From contig NW_003526944.1 of assembly GCF_000181795.1 (NCBI RefSeq), positions 1,993,797-2,057,796 of the forward strand: a DNA stretch of 64,000 nucleotides, written 5' to 3'. Shown piece after piece: positions 56,442 to 64,000 of the stretch (the stretch's first letter is position 1; each line of letters opens with the position of its first letter). The notes under the pieces were generated by a model. It made no database searches and was not told the origin of the DNA. It was given only the letters and a program-made list of their open reading frames with translations. The stretch comes from Trichinella spiralis. Lineage: Eukaryota. A program made the position numbers and the translations under genes.

Positions 56442-59400
56442 TTAAGGCTGCAACGGAGGCAGACCTTGATGACAGAGGCGGAAACAGTCATTTCGTGAAC
56501 TGAAACGATTCGCGTTTCCACCACAACCAGCATACTGTAATAAAATGCAGTCGTTCTTGGAAATATCGAAGTAATAGAACACTGTTGATTTTGGACTCTG
56601 CTCTGACGAGCTGCAAAGCCTGCCTTGATCTGGTGGCAAATGGCAAGTATGAGTTTGAAGTTGTGGTCTCGGGGTCTGAGAAATTCCATTCACGGCCAAT
56701 TCTAAATAGAAATACAAAGCAAAATGATAAAGTTATTTACATACATGAATGGATGTAACAGTAATTTACCCATGGGCATTTGGGGCACATTTATTTGACT
56801 CCCAAATGCTGGCATTCGTTGAACTTGCTGCTGAGAAGACTGAAACAACGTGGGTGATTCGGCAACGTTAGATGGAGCCTGTGGAAATGACATCAGAGCC
56901 GGCTGTGCTTCTAAAATTAAAATTACATTTAAAAATCAAACCAACTTCTGCAGACTGGTCATTCGTTGTTCGTATACCTGGTTGATGATTATTAGGTAAC
57001 GATGGCTGAATGGTTTGAACATTTTCAGAGACTGGTGTCACTGGTAAATCTTAAATTCAACATTATTATTCAATAGTTTTCCAACAATCAAATCGGAATC
57101 GTTTTGCAATCTATATCACAACTAATTTTTTCACACATTAACTCTGCATTTCTTTAGTTATAAAATTCAAAATTCATACTCGCTGAATGAACGCTTGATT
57201 GAAACTGAACAACAGTGTTCGATTTCCCTTCTGAAGAAAATAAAATGCATTGCAGATTAAATTATCAAACATTCATACAAACGTACGAAATTGGTGAGCA
57301 ATTGGCGACATTTGGACAGGAGTGGTCGGTAAGCCTAAAATTTGTACGATACCATTTTAGCCATTTGTTCTCATTCGTAGTATAAGTGCATTCATTACCT
57401 TGCGGTGATGGGGTTAAACTGCTTTCCACATGTGAAATATCAGAAAACACTAGAAAACAAAAAATTAAAATATCACAAACATGTACGTTTTAATATGTGC
57501 GTCGAAAATCCACTCTCACTTGATTTCTCTACAGAAGGATTGTTAAGAACTGCCGCATTTTGTGGAAGATCTGTAATTTCATTGTCAACATGCAAATATT
57601 TCTCAACTGAAAAGTCGTACAACTTACTGTTCTGTTGAATCATCTGCTGTCCATGTCCGGCTGAAAGGCATAAAGCACAATAATATAATTAATTCATATC
57701 AAACCACATAAAATCATTGTAAACGTTACCAAAATTAGATTGCGGCATTGCTGTGCTCATAACCGGTGATCCTGAAAAATTATAATTGTTATTTCAAAAA
57801 AGCACTTGTTAAAAGAAACCAAAATTATAGAAATTATTACTTTGCATCATTGGAACTTGCTGATTTGCCATAGAAGAAGCGTTCAAAAGCACTAAAAGTG
57901 GAAAATTTTCTTATAAAAAATATTTTTATCAATTTGTTTACATACTTTGGTGTTGAATGGGTGATTTCTGCATGTGAACATTGGCAACTGAGTCAATGCT
58001 AGTGGCTCGCGGCTGAATCATTGCATACATAGGTGGACCACCTGCAAAAAATGCACAATAATCAAACAATAAGCAACTATTTCAAATTTGAGATGTGGAC
58101 AATTAAAACGAAAAAAAAATTAACGCAAATCTTCCACTAGAGACAGCAAATGCATTACAAATCCAAATCAAAATGTTCTTAAGTACCTCGATCTTGCAGC
58201 TGCTGCGACTGCTGCTGAACTTGTTGTACGGTTGTTGCGTTAGCTACAATACGTAGGTCTGATTTTTGAACACCAAATCCACGCCTATTTGCTAAACAAT
58301 AAAAACAAATTCATTCATTTTCTTCGTCGATAATATATTCATTCACCTTCAGCAAGGATATCTTTCGATTTTTCGACTTCTTCAGGCATTGGCGCCATTT
58401 TTGGCGGATCAGGTAAATGGCCAGGTGCGCCAGCAGGCAAATCTCGATTTTCCACATATTTTGGACAACAGATATGGAAAAAGCCTTTATGACAAACGTA
58501 ATCTTCCGGGCACTCGATACCGCCGGCACTGGCACCGCAAGTAACCGGGCTGATTTTGCCTCCGAGTGGCAACAATCCACCAGGACAAGCGGTGTATTTG
58601 GCTCCTGGAAAAAAGTGAACAAACAGATTACAGGTGAAAGAAAAATATCTCGAACATTTTATTACTTAATACGCATTCTTGACGACAGAGATCAATCGTG
58701 CCAAAATTGTTTCGATTCCCTTGGCATCCGCCATAATAAAACAGACGACAATCGTCAGTTGCTTTGTCGTAATAAAATCGAAGATGAGAACCTTTGCACG
58801 GTCCTGGATTTTTCGGTTCATCACAATATGGTGATCGTTTCCCGGCTAAAAACAATTTCACTGCTATTAGTTATTGAGAAAAGATGAACTGAAGAACAAA
58901 TCATCAAACGCCTCACCTGAACTGAACACGCCCGCGCTCAGCGTAGGCGGTTGAGGAACCACTGGATGATAGTCTGAGTTGGGTCCAAAGATTCCGTTGA
59001 CCAATTCCTTGGGTCGTGCTTGGGATTTTGCGTACGCCTCATTTCCGGATGGTATAGGCACTGCTTGTTGTTGGTCGTACGGCATTCCCAGAGACGGAGC
59101 TCTCAGCGGTGACACCAGAGGCAAATTTGGCAACATGTTCATGCCTACTTCTTCTGGATGCATATCATCTGCAGATCGCTTCACAGCATTCGTCATTTCC
59201 ACACCCCTCGTCACACGCCGCAACGGATATCCATCTGCAGTGTCGTCAACAGAATTCGGTTGTAAAGTTTGTGGTGGAGGTGCTGTCAAGTAAAAGTTGA
59301 ACGACTGCGGCTCTTCTTCAGGGCAACAGAAAAAGTCGATTCCATTAAAATAACATCCTGATGACGGTGGACATTGAGTTTTGCCAGGTAAACAAAGCAC

Positions 59401-62400
59401 TGGCTGACCATCGGCACCTAATCTAACGGGCAAACCATTTGGACAGGTCGGAGTTTCTGCTTGCGCACTGCCAATTGAGTAATCTGGCATTGACGGGACA
59501 TTGTTGTATCCGTCCGCAGCTGCGGATGCTTCGTATGGTTCTGGAACATAATTCGGTATGGTCGGTGCGCCGATCATATTCATAACAGTCGTCTGATAAT
59601 TGTTTTCGACCACACCGCTAGGCATCACCGCACCAGGTGTTTGATAAACAGAAGGTTCACGATGAATCACTTAAAAGAAGATCCATTTGAAAATTTAAAA
59701 CCCTCTTCATTTTAAAACAATTCCTACTTATTTTACTTGGAGATACGGTATTTCCAGGGTCTGTGAAGAAAGTCGGCATCTCGCTCATTTTTGTTTCAAC
59801 GTCTGTGAAAATTATAAGCAACGTGAGAATCATGAAAAGTAAAGAAATACAAAAAAAATTACCATTATTAGTCTCGTGAGTGGTAGTTAAAATAGATGAT
59901 TCAGAATCTGTCGCATCCGGAAGAGTTTTCGTTGAGATGGGAAGAGATGGTTCAGTAAACTGTGCTTGTTCAGATGCAGTGTTTCGCCAAACTTTTTCAT
60001 AAACTATACAGAAATCAACCGATTGTAGAGTTGAAAAATAAATTTTTTCTTCTCAGCAAACCTGGACAAATTTGGTTGCATGCTTCTTTGGTTTCAAAGT
60101 TGTTCGAATTACCGCCGCAGCCTCCGTAAACGAAAACTTCACAGCGCATGTTTCTTGGATTGTAATAAAAGCGTACAATGTACCCAAAGCACGGGCCAGG
60201 ATCTTTCTCTTCGCTGCAAGCAGCTGGAATTTCTACCCCAAGAGCGTGAGCACCTAAATTCATGTCATTCATAATGAAAGCTAAAGAAAAGAGAGAAAAT
60301 TTTCTCACCAGAGACGCAACGAAGCTTGCACATGTCTTCTGTATCAAAATTGTTGCTATTTCCCCCGCAAGATCCGTACTGAAACTGTTCACATTTGCCA
60401 GTCACTGCATTGTAAAACCTACACGCAAAAATATTCGCTTAAAAATAAACAACAAGAAAACACGAGAAAAACAATCCAACTAACCATTTCATCATAAAAT
60501 CCATGCATGGACCTGAATCTCTTGGTAATGAGCAAACAGGATCGACATCTTCGGCAATTTTCATTTGTTCAACCATTACTGCTGTAAAAAATTAATTCCG
60601 TCAAAAAATTCATCAACATCTGCGCAACATGTCAATTACCTGGCTTTACAGTAGTCAGCGTTGGAATAGATGATGCCTGTGATGTTGTAACTTTTTCAGT
60701 TTCTGCAGTTGTAGTTGAATGTGGTTTTATGCTGACATCATCTGACTTGTGCACACCAGGTGGATGAGTAACAACTGCAAAATTATAAAAATTAAAACAA
60801 TCAAAGAAAAATCGGAAACAAATTATCAGTCTATCAAAGAATGTATACATATGTCTAATATATAAATGCACACATATATACGTAATCAACTTACGGAATG
60901 CTTTGCAATGTATATTGCACTCTTTCAACGAATAAAAGTGATTCATATTTCCACCGCACCCAGTATAGTCGAATTTTTCACAACGTCCAGTTTCAGAGCT
61001 GAAGCCCCATCTAGGTTGTACAGGACCGGTGCAAGGGCCTTTGTCCTAAAATAAAAGAAATATAATTTCATTAAAAAATCTCACACACATGATATATTTC
61101 TGGCATACTAATGGAAGTAAACACTTGTCTACGGTTTCATTTTTCACAGGTTGTTTTGCAACGGGCTTAGTGGAAGAGGATATTGGTTGCAGAGGAATTT
61201 CATCAATTTTTTCATGGACTTTCGGAGCAGAAGTGGGGTGGAATGTCGGAGTTGTCGTATGTGGTGGCGTTCTAGGTTTGGTTACTTGTAAAGCGGTTAA
61301 ATCTGGACACATGCATTCCACGCAACCGCGGCCATTCGTGATTGCCAAACATTCAGGAGCGCATGACTTCGTTTTGCATTCCACTTCCACTGCTAAATAA
61401 CAAAAAAACAAGACGCAAAATATTATTTAATATTTTTTTACAAATTCTATCATATACTATTTTCCATTTTCTGAACATTTTCATCGGGAGATTTGGCGGG
61501 GCTTGAAACCTGTTGAGGACGAACTGTAACAGTTTCCACTCGAGGTGTAGCATGGCTTGCAGGTTGAGGCCGAACGCTAAATGGAATCGGTTCAACAGTG
61601 GCTGGTTGCACAACCGTGACTTTCGTTTTCTTCTGATTGTCAGGAGCTAAACACAGATGTAAAAGATTAAAAATAGGGGTTTTGTTTCGCTGAGAATTTT
61701 CGCTCGAATTACAGCATTCTTTCAAACATTCTTCCCTGCTTCCAAAATTGTTTCCACTTCCTTTGCAACCACCATAATGGAAAACTTCGCATAATTTTCT
61801 TTCCTCATTCCAATACCTAATTCATAGAGCTTTCGATGTCTGATCAAACTGAATGTCAAGAGTACAAGTTTGCATACCATCTTATGAAACGTCCATTGCA
61901 AGGACCAGAATCTTTTGGATGAAGACATCGATTGATATCTGGTAAAGTGCTCTGATGTGAAGTAGTAGTTGGTTTGACATTTTCTGAAGAAGCAGACGAC
62001 TTTCCACAAGTTTTTTCACATTCGGCCAAGTCTTTGAAATTGTTTTCATTGCCTCCGCAACCACCGTAAAAAAAGTACTTGCATTCTTTGAATTCTGTGC
62101 TGTAGTAAAAGCGAAGTTCAAATTTGTTGCATGTTCCACGATCTTTAGGTAAAGTGCAACTCTTCGCAGTTGACTGTACTAAGTTGCTAGCAGATTCTGA
62201 AAACATTTTTTTCAATTAATAAAATTATTATTAAACCAAATACAAATTTATAAACAACTGCATACGATTGTCATCTGCACTGCTTGCTGGACAACATGCT
62301 GCCATTGTTGGTCCCATCATACATTTGTAACCTTTCGGGCAGGCTCGGCCAAAACAGTTGTAAATTTGACCAGACTGTTCGAGCAGGGGTGAAATACCGG

Positions 62401-63226
62401 GACCACAGATTGGTCCTGATGGTTTGTTTTGTTGCAATTCGATTGGTTTTTCTACAAAAAAAACGATGCTTGGTAAAATTAAAATTTTGCTTTTCATCAA
62501 AAAAGATTATTTACGCCTGCAGTCAGGTCGTCCTTCGTTGGCTTGTTTTCTCGTTCCAGCAATTTCTACTCCATCTTTATCAACACACCAACAAATTTGA
62601 GAATGTTCATGACACTGAATCTCTTCGAAAGCTCCATCAGCTGTGCAGCTGTAAATAACACCAGTTTGAATATTCACATGGTCTGTATTCGCTTGATTCT
62701 CCTTTAGGGCTAACTGCCGCTGTTGCTGGCATTCTTGAAAATAAATTAATTCGTAAATAAAACTACAACTATCAAAATCAAAACACTTACTAGTCAATGA
62801 ACGAATAGAAGGCTTGACATTTTGCTCTAAAAAAGCCAAACAAGATCAATTAACAAACAAATCAATTTACACCGCTTTACAAAAATTTTACTTTACCAGA
62901 AGAATCAATTGATTTTTCTTCAACACGAGGGCTTGTGGTCATCTGGTGGAAAACATTAGCCGATGTAAGTTTTTTCGGTCGTTCTGTATGGCCAGAGTCG
63001 GGCGATGGACCACCACCGGCAATACAGGCTTGTTCACAGTCTTGCTTGCGTTTGAACAACTCTGGCTGACCACTGATACCTTTGCACAGAGCATACGGAT
63101 ATGAGACGCATTCATCTCCACGACGATAAAATCGCAATACAAATTGTGAACGGCCAATTGTCCGACCGGTATTAGAGCCACAAGTAGCTTGAAACGGTTG
63201 CCGTTCACATGGATCAATTTCTTTAC
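56442..63226 (-). CDS. mlt-11: MLT-11-like multidomain secreted protease inhibitor; 5' end not resolved
   Basis: One divergent plus 7 clear Kunitz/BPTI domains (e.g. FFYGGCGGNENNF), a thyroglobulin type-1 domain (QCHEHSQICWCVDKDG), three lustrin/WR1-like Cys repeats ending in CCP, an antistasin-like motif, and T/P/Q-rich linkers; stop at 56442-56444; most 5' exon identified begins at 63226. Confidence 0.7.
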
Positions 63227-64000
63227 CTGAATTCAGAAAAGAAATACTTAATCATATTTATAATTTTATATATTTGTTATTTCATTAAATTATTCTTCTT
63301 ATTGCTCTGTCGTGAATCAATTAGCTTCCAAAAATAGTGCAAACTGAGCACAGTAGACTACTGCGCGCTGCGTATGTCAGCTTCACATTGCCATTCAACT
63401 TTGTCATTACATTTCTAATGTTGAATGATCATCTAACTTCTCTCCTATTGTATTTTGCGTAAATTTCTAAACGTGCTCCAGTAAAACTGCAAGTGCTGAA
63501 CAAGCAGTGCCTGGTGTGACCAAGAAGAGGAAAAGTGCTACCTCTAGCAAATTAACAGCAACAATAATTTTTGGTACAAATTGAAAGACGTAATATTCAA
63601 ATGAAATGGTAATTTTGGAAAATTTAACTTAATTCTACACACCAATTTCTTTATTGCATGCACATGCAGTTCACATTATCGAGAAATAAATGAATGATGC
63701 GAAAGATGCAAGTTGTTTATATTTCAGTCAGAGTTCAAATTTTACAATATTTCGACAATGAACTGTGAATACACAATACAATTATTCTTCATAATTCCAT
63801 TTACATTTACATTTCACAGATCATATATGACAAGTGTGGTGTCTTTGTTCTTTGATAAAGATAGCTCAGAAGAACACTTCTGAAAGACCACTTGAAATAG
63901 ACAAAAGAACTAAAAATGGAGAGTGGTTGCAAATTTTCAATAGTTGATTATATTATTACTGACAATAATCGGTTGAATCGAGATCAAAGATTATACGAAA

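Noticed and set aside
63470..63560. Possible signal-peptide exon of the MLT-11-like gene (LEVALFLFLVTPG)
   Set aside because: No clear ATG or canonical donor could be assigned; the true first exon may lie outside the window

Overview
This is an AT-rich, intron-dense eukaryotic scaffold window with two N gaps (1339-2239, 5959-6558). Gene content, short introns and tight gene packing suggest a nematode, probably Trichinella-like (inference). Bases 1-7300 are a repeat zone: a 41-bp G-rich satellite apparently inside a degenerate pogo/Tigger-type element, plus an array of perfect 5' splice-site (U1-complementary) motifs. The genes, in order, are: a complete laminin alpha (epi-1/LAMA3-5 type, minus); a divergently transcribed secreted Selenoprotein-P-like gene with Cys in place of Sec and an unfamiliar Cys-doublet C-terminal domain (plus); COX20 (minus); protein kinase N (minus); intronless CLCC1 (plus); an AANAT-like GNAT acetyltransferase (minus); a frameshifted UBR5 HECT 3' fragment (minus); AATF/Bfr2, NFU1 and a MIF4GD/CTIF-like gene (all minus, with operon-like spacing between NFU1 and AATF); and most of an MLT-11-like Kunitz/thyroglobulin/lustrin gene (minus, 5' end not resolved). 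Family assignments come from recognising motifs by eye, not from database searches. Exon boundaries were read manually.
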